This document shows positions 31,927-40,332 of a stretch of 64,000 nt of DNA, piece by piece. Made by a program: the position numbers and the translations under genes. The notes beneath the pieces are model-generated. The model had not been told where the DNA came from, made no database searches, and saw only the letters and a list, made by a program, of their open reading frames with translations. The stretch is from a virus. The stretch lies in the UHGV virus genome UHGV-0171787; one strand, given 5' to 3'. Numbering within the stretch: the stretch's first letter is position 1; each line of letters begins with the position of its first letter.

Positions 31927-32331
31927 TTATTGGTAAAGTAAATCTGTAAATGCTTGATTGTCAGCTATTGCATCTAGGTCATTAGGAGATACTCGGATAG
32001 TGTTACCTTCAACTCTCCACGGAGTTGGCGTAGGTGAAGACCTAACTTCAAGAGGCTGCTCTCTGACTAGATGGGCCATGACCTCCTGATCGGCAACTTC
32101 CTCTCTTTCTCGAATATCTCTCTGGATGTAGGCCAGCTTCATGCCCCAAGCTTCTTCAAACTCTTGAGGGTGTTTATCACTGATCACTACATATCGACGA
32201 TTGACGGAAAACCTTCTTGCTTTCAAAATAAGATTGCAAAGATCTTCTACTTCATCTTCTTCTAGGTTGTTATAAATATCATCCCACTTCACTACACAGA
32301 AGCGGTTTTGGTGTCTAGTTGGTAGTGGCAT
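31927..32331 (-). CDS. hypothetical protein
   Basis: 134-aa ORF in the operon. Confidence 0.45.
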   Translation of the reverse strand: MPLPTRHQNRFCVVKWDDIYNNLEEDEVEDLCNLILKARRFSVNRRYVVISDKHPQEFEEAWGMKLAYIQRDIREREEVADQEVMAHLVREQPLEVRSSPTPTPWRVEGNTIRVSPNDLDAIADNQAFTDLLYQ

Positions 32332-32334
32332 AGC

Positions 32335-32619
32335 TTAACCTTTCGGGAATGGCATTAAAGATTCCATAGCAGATTTAATTTCGCTATTGATTCGAGCATC
32401 ACGATAAGAGATAAATTTACCTTTGCTATCACGTAACATTACATGGGTTCTGGCTGTTTCGTGAGGAAGCAGTGTGATACTGGTTGGGATAGTATCAATC
32501 CCTACAGGTAGTTTGTAAATAGTCTTACTCTCAGCTAGTAGGTAAGACCAAGTACATGGTTTCTTCTCCGGATGGTTAGGGTATGTATCTCTAATCTGAA
32601 CCATAGCTAATTTATTCAT
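32335..32619 (-). CDS. hypothetical protein, tandem paralog A
   Basis: C-terminus ...TARTHVMLRDSKGKFISYRD...MESLMPFPKG parallels the adjacent ORF. Confidence 0.45.
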   Translation of the reverse strand: MNKLAMVQIRDTYPNHPEKKPCTWSYLLAESKTIYKLPVGIDTIPTSITLLPHETARTHVMLRDSKGKFISYRDARINSEIKSAMESLMPFPKG

Positions 32620-32620
32620 A

Positions 32621-32872
32621 TTAAACTCCTTTAGGAAATGGGATGAGGTTTTCTATTGCAACACGGAAAGGTTTTTCTACATTCTTATTTTTATAAGAGA
32701 TGAACTTCCCATCAGCCCCACGAAGGATTACGTTAGTGCGAGCTGTATTGGGATCTAGATTGATCATAGAGGTGATGTTCTTTTTTGAGTTGTTGTAGTT
32801 GTTATCGAAAGTCCACTTATCCAGATGATTAGCTATTACATCAATAATAGTTACAGTTTTTACAATAGACAT
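32621..32872 (-). CDS. hypothetical protein, tandem paralog B
   Basis: C-terminus ...TARTNVILRGADGKFISYKN...IENLIPFPKGV parallels 32335..32619. Confidence 0.45.
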   Translation of the reverse strand: MSIVKTVTIIDVIANHLDKWTFDNNYNNSKKNITSMINLDPNTARTNVILRGADGKFISYKNKNVEKPFRVAIENLIPFPKGV

Positions 32873-32904
32873 ATTTGTTACCTAAGAAATTTAATTTAGT
32901 TTAT

Positions 32905-32938
32905 ATAAAAGAAAAGGCCACCCGATTGGGTAGCCTCA
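32905..32938 (-). terminator. rho-independent terminator
   Basis: Minus strand GGCUACCC-AAUC-GGGUGGCC followed by UUUUCUUUU; same hairpin family as 55585..55612. Confidence 0.55.
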
Positions 32939-32940
32939 TA

Positions 32941-33258
32941 TTACGATGAGCTTAAAGCTCCTTTGCGAGATCCAGCTGCTTTTCCAGCTCGATCACCACT
33001 TTTGCCGCCGTTTGAACGGTTTGAGCTGACTGATTCAACACGTAAGTTGCTTGACGCATTAGAGCCTCCAGACTTGATAGCTCGTTTGTGTCCAACATCT
33101 TTACCTCTGACAGCAGCTTTTCCATCGCGCTTTTCAACGATGCGACGTGCACGGTGGCGCTGAGCATCTCCGCTCTTGCTCCCAATGCCTGTCTCACCAC
33201 GGGCAATTGCGGTACGTCTTTCTTGTGCATAATCTCTCTTTCCTACATGGTCTGCCAT
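32941..33258 (-). CDS. basic G/S/K/R-rich low-complexity protein (KGG/YciG-like composition)
   Basis: 105 aa, with a strong RBS (taaggag) before the ATG; preferred over the overlapping alternative-frame ORF 32952..33230. Confidence 0.4.
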   Translation of the reverse strand: MADHVGKRDYAQERRTAIARGETGIGSKSGDAQRHRARRIVEKRDGKAAVRGKDVGHKRAIKSGGSNASSNLRVESVSSNRSNGGKSGDRAGKAAGSRKGALSSS

Positions 33259-33314
33259 TTAGAACTCCTTAATATATCAGTGTACACTAAGGAGTATACA
33301 TTATAAGTTACTGT

Positions 33315-34052
33315 TTAAGCTTTCTTTTCCATTGCTTTAACAATCGCCTTACAGAAACCAGAACGAACAATGTCATCCGATTCGCCGTCTACAATCTCAG
33401 CAAACTCATACAGATCGTGTTCATCAATAAAGTTAGTAGCCCAAGTTAGACCACTCTCGCGACCACGCATATCATGCTGGTTTGTATCACCCATGCAGAA
33501 CAATTGAGAGGTTTCTCCCAATCGAGTCATGATAGAGAAGGCTTCATCTTTAGTGGTGTTCTGGAACTCATCCACGATAACAATGGCATCATTGAAGGAA
33601 CGACCACGGAGATATTCCAGAGGTACAAATTCAATGTTACCATTTCCGATCTGGCATTCATAGAATCCCTTACCATATCGCTGAGTGATAACATCAATGA
33701 TAGGCATCAGGTAAGGTTCAAATTTCTCACGCATTCCTCCCGGAAGTAATCCAAGAGAATTACCCATACCAACTGAAGGACGACTAAGAATGATCTTTTG
33801 AATCTTACCGCTCTTCAGTGCATCGATAACTGTGGAGGTAATTACAAAGGTCTTACCACAGCCCGCAGGAGCGTCTGTGAACACAACTTGCTTAGTCTTG
33901 ATAGCATTGAGTAGCTCAGACTGAAACTGGTTCTGAGGGACTACAGGCTTTGCTAAAACCACCTCTTCATACTCTCGCTTACCCTTACGAGTAACGAGTG
34001 CTTCCCGACGAAGGTCTTTCCGTGATTCTTTCCGTGATTGACGACGACTCAT
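33315..34052 (-). CDS. phoH: PhoH-like ATPase
   Basis: Walker A APAGCGKT plus the GLLPG and DEFQN...GD.NQ.D motifs. Confidence 0.75.
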   Translation of the reverse strand: MSRRQSRKESRKDLRREALVTRKGKREYEEVVLAKPVVPQNQFQSELLNAIKTKQVVFTDAPAGCGKTFVITSTVIDALKSGKIQKIILSRPSVGMGNSLGLLPGGMREKFEPYLMPIIDVITQRYGKGFYECQIGNGNIEFVPLEYLRGRSFNDAIVIVDEFQNTTKDEAFSIMTRLGETSQLFCMGDTNQHDMRGRESGLTWATNFIDEHDLYEFAEIVDGESDDIVRSGFCKAIVKAMEKKA

Positions 34053-34234
34053 TTACGCTCTCCAATTTCTTCGTAATGACACTCAGTAGTTAAGCAGTCT
34101 TTACAGATTGCTGTATAAACCCTGACGTTAGTAAATCGTTTGTTCTTCCCTTTGGTTGGAGAGTCTTTGGCAAGCTCTCTGATAACCTTGTTACTTAAAT
34201 GAAGGTTTGTTCCTTCACATCTAGAGCACTTCAT
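34049..34234 (-). CDS. small zinc-ribbon protein
   Basis: 61 aa with two Cys pairs (CSRCEG ... CKDCLTTEC). Confidence 0.45.
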   Translation of the reverse strand: MKCSRCEGTNLHLSNKVIRELAKDSPTKGKNKRFTNVRVYTAICKDCLTTECHYEEIGERK

Positions 34235-34550
34235 GGTTCATATCTTTATGAATCCTGTAAACAGCTGTCGCCATACAAGCAACAGCCTCATTGTGTGGGA
34301 GGTGCATCCCTGTAGAACCATCCCAATCTTTGAACTCATTGTCAAAGACTCCAGTAGGTTCTGGATACAGAGCTTGCAGCTCAACCAAATCATTAGCAAC
34401 TTGTTGCCATTTATCATCAGACCAGATAGGGTCATCCAACCAGTAATACAAATAGGAATGGATGATCAATTGCCTTCTGTGCCGATTAATTATTTCAGCG
34501 GGACTTATCTCACTTCCGTTTGAAGTCCTAAATGTATTACTGTCAATCAT
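34221..34550 (-). CDS. hypothetical protein resembling the N-terminal Ia domain of NAD-dependent DNA ligase
   Basis: Pattern LIIHSYLYYWLDDPIWSDDKWQQVANDLVELQALYPE resembles the LigA Ia helix motif; a weak, memory-based similarity. Confidence 0.3.
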   Translation of the reverse strand: MIDSNTFRTSNGSEISPAEIINRHRRQLIIHSYLYYWLDDPIWSDDKWQQVANDLVELQALYPEPTGVFDNEFKDWDGSTGMHLPHNEAVACMATAVYRIHKDMNHEVL

Positions 34551-34552
34551 GA

Positions 34553-35209
34553 TTACTTATTCCAAGTAGTTGATAAGGCTTTCCAAGAGATTGGATAGAG
34601 CTTCTTCATCTCTTCATCAATAGTTTGTGCAAATAGTCGGACCTCATACTGAGCGTGTTCTGACAGACGTTGACGGCATACTTCTGACCAGCCATATAAG
34701 GAGCCAGTCCAGATCCACTCCGTCGTCATTCCCTGAGGTAGGACAAACCGAGCTTGCTCAGGGGCAATCAGGTCAATCAGTTTTTCATAATTACTAACAG
34801 CTACTTCATATGCCTCGTTAATCAGTGTGAGAGCTTCTGCACGGGCTTCGTCTTGTAATAGGATACCAGAACCTTTGTGAAGGTCTTCAGGTCGGGAGAA
34901 GATCTCTTGTGGAATGAATACATCAACGTCTCCATCTTTATATCGACGGCTCATCTCATTCCAGCTAAACCCCGTCTGATGTTTTCCTAGCTGGCGAGCA
35001 ATAGCAATAGGTGCTACACATCGGAAGGTTACTTGTGGGTGCCTAAAAGGAGTCACATGTTTTTCACGAGCGAGGAAGTTGATGAGACGTTCATCACGTT
35101 CATTTAAATCACCTTCACGGGTTACTCCAAAGGATACACGAGCTGCATTTACTACAGTTTTATCCGAGCCTAAAAACTCTACCAGTTCTGCTTTAAGCTG
35201 ATCATTCAT
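34553..35209 (-). CDS. thyX: ThyX-like flavin-dependent thymidylate synthase homolog with a divergent RHR motif
   Basis: NAARVSFG ... TPFRH ... ARQLGKHQTGFSWNEMSRRY ... RQRLSEHAQYE align with ThyX signatures; the canonical R-H-R reads K-H-Q here. Confidence 0.6.
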   Translation of the reverse strand: MNDQLKAELVEFLGSDKTVVNAARVSFGVTREGDLNERDERLINFLAREKHVTPFRHPQVTFRCVAPIAIARQLGKHQTGFSWNEMSRRYKDGDVDVFIPQEIFSRPEDLHKGSGILLQDEARAEALTLINEAYEVAVSNYEKLIDLIAPEQARFVLPQGMTTEWIWTGSLYGWSEVCRQRLSEHAQYEVRLFAQTIDEEMKKLYPISWKALSTTWNK

Positions 35210-35240
35210 TACTTTTTCTCTCCATCCATGAATTTCCTTA

Positions 35241-35450
35241 TTAATATTCTTTTACATAATAAACCACTAAGGTTCCCATCTCTGACAATGTTGATTTATG
35301 TAAGCTTACTTTACTATAAATCTTTGGAGACATCTTAAGAGCCTTCTTAAAACGGCGAGCGTCTTTACGAGTAGCAAAGTGCTCTGTAACAGGTATAGCC
35401 GGGTCTTGGTAGAGGTAGTATACCACCGTCCAATATTTTTTCATAATCAA
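35241..35450 (-). CDS. small hypothetical protein, paralog of 36926..37120
   Basis: Shares MKK(Y/F)W...R.(D)AR.FKK...(S/L)HK pattern with the ORF after the dCTP deaminase gene. Confidence 0.4.
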   Translation of the reverse strand: MIMKKYWTVVYYLYQDPAIPVTEHFATRKDARRFKKALKMSPKIYSKVSLHKSTLSEMGTLVVYYVKEY

Positions 35451-35719
35451 ACACCTAGGGCAGTAGTTAAGAATGCTTTCAGGTTTGCTTCGGTTTGCAT
35501 ACCAGAGAGGCTGTAATGTGCACCACTGTTACGGTCAGGTACAACGAAAGCAGGGATGCTACGAACTCCGTACTTAACAGCTTGTTCACGACCATCACCT
35601 TCAAGGATGTTAATCTCTTCCACTTCTACATCGAACTCCTTAACAACCTTCTCAAAGATAGGAGCCATTGCTTTACATGGAGCACACTGATCACTATAAA
35701 ACTTAATCACTTTAGACAT
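35447..35719 (-). CDS. thioredoxin / glutaredoxin-like protein
   Basis: 90 aa with a CAPC active-site motif near the N-terminus. Confidence 0.65.
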   Translation of the reverse strand: MSKVIKFYSDQCAPCKAMAPIFEKVVKEFDVEVEEINILEGDGREQAVKYGVRSIPAFVVPDRNSGAHYSLSGMQTEANLKAFLTTALGV

Positions 35720-35727
35720 GTAAACCC

Positions 35728-35907
35728 TTATGCAGTCAGGAGGTGAAGCAGGAATGGGATAACAACAGCTACAATAACCATGATGGTTGATGCTGTTTGA
35801 AGCTCACCTTTCTTGTCAGGGGTTTCTTCAATAAGCTTACCAGAAGCCCAATAAACACCACCACCAATAAAGATAGCCCAAATACCCCATACGATTGCTG
35901 ATAACAT
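35728..35907 (-). CDS. small two-TM membrane protein (59 aa), not in the ORF track
   Basis: Hand translation MLSAIVWGIWAIFIGGGVYWASGKLIEETPDKKGELQTASTIMVIVAVVIPFLLHLLTA; stop abuts the thioredoxin start. Preferred over the overlapping ORF 35769..36068. Confidence 0.4.
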   Translation of the reverse strand: MLSAIVWGIWAIFIGGGVYWASGKLIEETPDKKGELQTASTIMVIVAVVIPFLLHLLTA

Positions 35908-35967
35908 ATATCTATATCCTTATAAATAAGTTCGCCCCACCTCGGGTTAGGAGACAGGGCGTAGGTT

Positions 35968-36531
35968 TTAGTAAGACACATCACCACTTGAATGGGACAT
36001 GTTGCTCTTGACAAAGTAACAATACTTGCCAAGACCTTCATTAATTTCTTGAAGCATACTCTGATCAACTGGATAAGTAGCTAAATCGCCATCAAACTCA
36101 TCCATCTTCTCAATAATACACATCAAGGTCATGCACATATCAGAGAGCATACCATCCATGTCTAGATCAGCATTACCCTCTGAGAACCAAGCATGAGAGA
36201 GGTAGTTAGCTGCTGTAGCATCCACTTTAACACAGTGGTAGCGCATACGTTCAGCAATACGATCTCCTACTTGTCGTGCGTAATCTTCCAGCTCGTCAAA
36301 CATACCATGAACACCCTGAAACCCTGCACCAGAGACGTTCCAGTGGTAGTTCTTAGCTTTGATATGCAAGAGTTCCATGTTAGCTTGTAAGCAGCTCAGG
36401 ATGTGTTCTAGGCTGTTTCCGCTAATCATGCCTTGCATCGTTTCAAGGCGAGAGATTGAAAGCTCAGACCGGTCTAACACACTATAGCTGTCACGACCAA
36501 TCTCAGGTAAATCAAAAACATTCTTATGCAT
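35968..36531 (-). CDS. Dps / ferritin-like protein
   Basis: NYHWNVSGAGFQGVHGMFDELEDYARQVGDRIAERM resembles the Dps ferroxidase helices; start preferred at MHKNV (36531) with an upstream ggag. Confidence 0.55.
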   Translation of the reverse strand: MHKNVFDLPEIGRDSYSVLDRSELSISRLETMQGMISGNSLEHILSCLQANMELLHIKAKNYHWNVSGAGFQGVHGMFDELEDYARQVGDRIAERMRYHCVKVDATAANYLSHAWFSEGNADLDMDGMLSDMCMTLMCIIEKMDEFDGDLATYPVDQSMLQEINEGLGKYCYFVKSNMSHSSGDVSY

Positions 36532-36853
36532 TTGGCTTTTCTCCATCAAGTTCAACTGAATTAGCAACGTTACGTTCCAGATTGTCAATTACCTGCTGGG
36601 TAATTACGATGCAGTTCTGTGGATCTACTGACTTAGAACGCCCCATTTCAGGGTCATACACCTTAACACGCTTAGCAGTTGAACCTGTAACCTGAAGAAC
36701 CTTCAACAGATATCCCTGATTACCAATAGACCAAGCAACAACATCACGATTCTTGATAAAGCGACCAAGCATATCACGATGATAAAACTGTTGCATCACC
36801 TTGGATTTTGTAATCTCTTCAGTGGGCGGGGCCACTTTACTCAAATCTAACAT
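36524..36853 (-). CDS. hypothetical protein
   Basis: 109-aa ORF. Confidence 0.45.
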   Translation of the reverse strand: MLDLSKVAPPTEEITKSKVMQQFYHRDMLGRFIKNRDVVAWSIGNQGYLLKVLQVTGSTAKRVKVYDPEMGRSKSVDPQNCIVITQQVIDNLERNVANSVELDGEKPNA

Positions 36854-36925
36854 AACTCTCTCCTGTAAAATACAAATTCTTATTGTACTCTATATACATT
36901 TGAGAGTTACCATATCTACTACCAA

Positions 36926-37120
36926 TTAGTAGTGTACTTTTCCACTGAGATAAACACGACCAGAGGAATATTCTCTGGCCTTATGGATGCTAACGCTCTT
37001 AGTTAAGTCCCCATGAAACATAGACTTTTTAAAATCTCGAGCCCGTTGACGAGTAGGTAATGAGGTCATAGTCGTACAACCAGATGACCACTTAATCTTC
37101 ACTAACCAGAACTTTTTCAT
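36926..37120 (-). CDS. small hypothetical protein, paralog of 35241..35450
   Basis: ORF 36926..37153 trimmed to the MKKFW start, which removes overlap with the dCTP deaminase gene. Confidence 0.4.
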   Translation of the reverse strand: MKKFWLVKIKWSSGCTTMTSLPTRQRARDFKKSMFHGDLTKSVSIHKAREYSSGRVYLSGKVHY

Positions 37121-37127
37121 AATGATA

Positions 37128-37661
37128 TCACACACCTTTAGACGCAACCACACCTTCAGAGTTATTATAACGACCCTTCACTGCATAAGAATGCTCTCCT
37201 GCATGAGAGTGCTCAAACATAACCATCTGACCAACACGCATACCAGAACGGATTCTTAAGCTGTGATGTTTGGTCACATTATGAAATTCAAACGTCAATT
37301 TACTGTTATTAAACCCCCCATCTGCCCACCCGGCGTGAAGATGGTTCAAACCACAACGAGCCATAGATGAACGAAGAACAAACAAGCTTGAGATGTTATC
37401 TGGAAGGTTAAACTCTTCCATAGAGTGAGCCAAGAAGAACTGACCCGGAGTAATAACCAAACCCTCTTCAGGAATCTTTACTTCCTTCCACTGAAGATTC
37501 TCTTTCGCATCAATATCAACGATGCCATCAGCCTGTTCTTCAACAAGGATAGTATCACCAATACGGATATCCACACTAGCAGCGTTAACATACTTATGCT
37601 CCGCATCCAAATAGCCATTGTCAATTACATCGTGCAGTTCAACACTTCCTAGTAAACTCAT
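37128..37661 (-). CDS. dcd: dCTP deaminase (Dcd/dUTPase superfamily)
   Basis: LRSSMARCGL, RSGMRVGQMVMFE and a C-terminal YNNSEGVVASK parallel E. coli Dcd motifs. Confidence 0.7.
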   Translation of the reverse strand: MSLLGSVELHDVIDNGYLDAEHKYVNAASVDIRIGDTILVEEQADGIVDIDAKENLQWKEVKIPEEGLVITPGQFFLAHSMEEFNLPDNISSLFVLRSSMARCGLNHLHAGWADGGFNNSKLTFEFHNVTKHHSLRIRSGMRVGQMVMFEHSHAGEHSYAVKGRYNNSEGVVASKGV

Positions 37662-37682
37662 TCTTATTCCTTAGTTATTTGT

Positions 37683-38984
37683 TCACACTTCAAAAGAGAA
37701 ACCGCGACCCGATTCATCGGCAAACCGAACTGTACGGGTTTGAGGTTCTAATACTTCAGGGTTGTTGGCAACAAATCTATCAGCGAGGCTATCTCCTAAA
37801 TCCTCTATCACATCTTCATCAGTCCACACAGTCCTAACCGGTACATCAAAGTCACCAGCAACAAAACCCTGACCGGAGAATTGACGTGCGCTGACAGTAA
37901 AGTCATTTGACCGACCACGAGAAGAACCAGTCATCCACCGCTCTGTAGAACCGTTCGTAATACCAAGAGCCTCTTCAAAAGATGTTCTAGGATCGGGGCT
38001 TTCACTTCGTGACTCTTGTGCTCGACGCATTTCAGGGACTGCAAACACCCCTTCCATTGTGTTGTGATGATTAGTCTCATCTTCCCGACCAAGTAGATCT
38101 CCACTTGTATTGGTTGTTAAGTTTGTCAACCCTTCAGACCAATACGCACTAATCTGACTAGATCCATGAACACTTGACATTAACTGGATTTCTTCATAAG
38201 GGATTCCAAAGAATCGACTCATGTCACGATTAACACAATACTGAGCACTTGTTGTATCCTCAACAAGAGCAACCTGACCCCATTCATTGATCAGATGACT
38301 GACCGGTTGAGGTGTGGGAAGATATCGAGATTGTGCCATATATTGGTATGCAACAGATGGAGCGGAGAATCTTAATACCTGTGAATTAGGCCACTTCTTG
38401 TGAACATACTTGATTTCACGACCAGAAACAACTACTGGACAGGGGGAGGTCATAGCCAAATATCCATGAGGGGTCATGAATAGATTGTCAAGAGTAATCG
38501 CACCACGGCACATCATAGGAAAGCTGTCCAACACCTCTTCAATAGAAGTAGGATAGTTAAACATGAATTGGATACGAACCCCACTCCACTGGAACTCAAT
38601 AATATCGGTAAATGTTAACAGAGATCCTTCAGCGTAGGCTTCATTCGTAGCTTCAGCAAGAAGGGAAGAGTACTCAATATCTTGAGACTCGAGCCACTCT
38701 TTCACGTTACTTTCAACCTCTCGTCCGAGATCTTGCCACTGGTCATGGTGGATAAAGGTGTTTCGAGTTCTTGGGGCCTGTCCTCTGACAATAAAGATAT
38801 CAATGTCATGAGGTGCTCTGTTATTAAGAACAGCATCACGAACAGCCCCACCAGTGATGATGGGACAAATACAGTCTGGAATCAAGTTGTTGTTAATCAG
38901 CTGTTCAATGAAGTGACGACCAACAGCGATATCAGGTTGTTGAGCAACCTTATCTGCAATTCGGTTAATCGGGATAACAATCAT
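37683..38984 (-). CDS. nucleotidyltransferase (CCA-adding / poly(A) polymerase-type head domain) with an unassigned C-terminal domain
   Basis: GGAVRD followed by DIDIF matches the class II NTase signature; start taken at Met 20 of ORF 37683..39041 to abut the upstream stop. Confidence 0.5.
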   Translation of the reverse strand: MIVIPINRIADKVAQQPDIAVGRHFIEQLINNNLIPDCICPIITGGAVRDAVLNNRAPHDIDIFIVRGQAPRTRNTFIHHDQWQDLGREVESNVKEWLESQDIEYSSLLAEATNEAYAEGSLLTFTDIIEFQWSGVRIQFMFNYPTSIEEVLDSFPMMCRGAITLDNLFMTPHGYLAMTSPCPVVVSGREIKYVHKKWPNSQVLRFSAPSVAYQYMAQSRYLPTPQPVSHLINEWGQVALVEDTTSAQYCVNRDMSRFFGIPYEEIQLMSSVHGSSQISAYWSEGLTNLTTNTSGDLLGREDETNHHNTMEGVFAVPEMRRAQESRSESPDPRTSFEEALGITNGSTERWMTGSSRGRSNDFTVSARQFSGQGFVAGDFDVPVRTVWTDEDVIEDLGDSLADRFVANNPEVLEPQTRTVRFADESGRGFSFEV

Positions 38985-38985
38985 T

Positions 38986-39543
38986 TTACATTTTCCAATA
39001 TAATGAAGGTGGGTCGTAAGGGTCAAATCCTGTGAGTTCACACAAGTATTTATAAACCTTAACAGTTAAATTAACGTCCTGTTCACAATAAGTAAACATA
39101 TCCTCAGTGAAAGCATCCCATGCTTCCTCTTGCTCACCGTAATCACCTTTAAGTTCCCCTAAGAACTCACCCCATTGCTTCAAGCCATGACCTCTTGGGC
39201 CATGTCTAGGGTCGCCTTTCGGGTACTCAGGACTGTCACCAATACGGTCAGGTTTAAGATATCGACTAAGACATAAAGTGTCAAAGACGTTAAAACGATA
39301 GTTAATCAGATTGGGATACATCTTCTTCAGAGCACAAAGGTCGAAGTCAATAATATTGTGACCCACGAGCACATCTGCTTCTGTAAGTTTATGAATCCCA
39401 TCTTCAATTTGGTGAGGCCGATAGCCCCACCTTTCACCAGTTTCAACATCGAAAACATAAATACACCATACTTTGGTTATATCATCGTATAGTGCATTAC
39501 TCTCAATATCGAATGCAAACACTTTCTTCTTTTTCTTTACCAC
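38986..39543 (-). CDS. 3'-5' exonuclease (DnaQ/DEDD-like), encoded separately from the polymerase
   Basis: Exo I-like FAFDIES and a downstream Y..EQD motif; GTG start overlaps the helicase stop. Confidence 0.55.
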   Translation of the reverse strand: MVKKKKKVFAFDIESNALYDDITKVWCIYVFDVETGERWGYRPHQIEDGIHKLTEADVLVGHNIIDFDLCALKKMYPNLINYRFNVFDTLCLSRYLKPDRIGDSPEYPKGDPRHGPRGHGLKQWGEFLGELKGDYGEQEEAWDAFTEDMFTYCEQDVNLTVKVYKYLCELTGFDPYDPPSLYWKM

Positions 39544-40079
39544 GGTGAAGCTCCATCTGCTTGGCTGACGAGAGAAGCTGCATCCTCTCCGTTAGTTAAA
39601 ACGAATGGATTATCTTCATCAACTTCAAAGTCTTCCCTTTCTACAAGTCTACCGGTTTCACTGATATACTTAGTATAACAGACACCTGTCTGACCGTAGT
39701 TACGTTCTTTCAGTAATCGAATGACTGAGAGGTTCTTAGCTAAGCCGTCAGCTTGCTTGTCACGCTCAAAGCCAATGATACACTGACACCAACGCATAAG
39801 AGAACGAGAGCCAGTGAACTGTACTTCACGTACCTGTCCACCTTCTTCATGAGGAGCACCACCTGCCGGAGCATTAAGGTGAGATAGCACGAAAGCGGTA
39901 AAGTCTAACTCTTTACACATACCAGCAAGCTCGGAAGCGATCTTACTGATTTCAGTGTTAATCTCTGAAGGTGTTAAATGAGATACCAGAGCGGTAATGT
40001 TATCAAGGATGATAAATTTACACTGGTTTTCAACTACCCAGAAACGAATACACTGTTTAATGTCTTCCCATTCGTTTTG
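39537..40079 (-). CDS. primase-helicase, exon 2 (helicase C-terminal part: Walker B and later motifs)
   Basis: [11 protein letters not shown] (Walker B / H2) and FVLSHLN; joins in frame to exon 1 after intron removal (...FLYDNFG|QNEWEDIK...). Confidence 0.7.
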   Translation of the reverse strand, partial: QNEWEDIKQCIRFWVVENQCKFIILDNITALVSHLTPSEINTEISKIASELAGMCKELDFTAFVLSHLNAPAGGAPHEEGGQVREVQFTGSRSLMRWCQCIIGFERDKQADGLAKNLSVIRLLKERNYGQTGVCYTKYISETGRLVEREDFEVDEDNPFVLTNGEDAASLVSQADGASPW

Positions 40080-40332
40080 CAATAATTCAATGAAGGACGC
40101 AACTCCTTCACCCGTAGCATTATATCTACTGCCCGTGGTTTCCCACGGGATTGGACTATATCATCACTCCTATTAAGGAGGCTAGGCGCTTCCACTAGCA
40201 TTAGCTTCTAGTGTACTCCTTTCGGATAGTCTCTGCACTTTCTAGGATGTATCCTAGCTTAGCTCAGGATTGGCATATCTTTCGACTTAGCTTTCCCTGA
40301 ATTCACCTAGTTTTACTTCGGCCATTGTGTTA
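40080..40332 (-). ncRNA. group I self-splicing intron (ORF-less, 253 nt) in the primase-helicase gene
   Basis: Intron RNA starts with UAA after an exon-terminal U and ends in G. P1: exon CUUCGGU pairs with intron GCCGAAG with U-G at the splice site. Conserved R element GUGCAGAGACUA (plus 40227-40238) and S element GAUAUAGUCC (plus 40153-40162). Confidence 0.75.

Noticed and set aside
32952-33230. 92-aa ORF overlapping the basic-protein gene in another frame
   Set aside because: Nested within ORF 32941..33258, which has a canonical RBS; kept only as an alternative.
35769-36068. 99-aa minus-strand ORF overlapping the Dps start region
   Set aside because: Overlaps both the Dps-like gene and a better-supported 59-aa membrane ORF in another frame; no RBS at its start.
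40080-40332. Alternative readings of the helicase interruption (two separate genes, or an intein)
   Set aside because: The interruption is non-coding with a stop at its 5' end, has a P1 pairing with U-G at the splice site and R/S core elements, and the exons join in frame; an intein would be in-frame coding.
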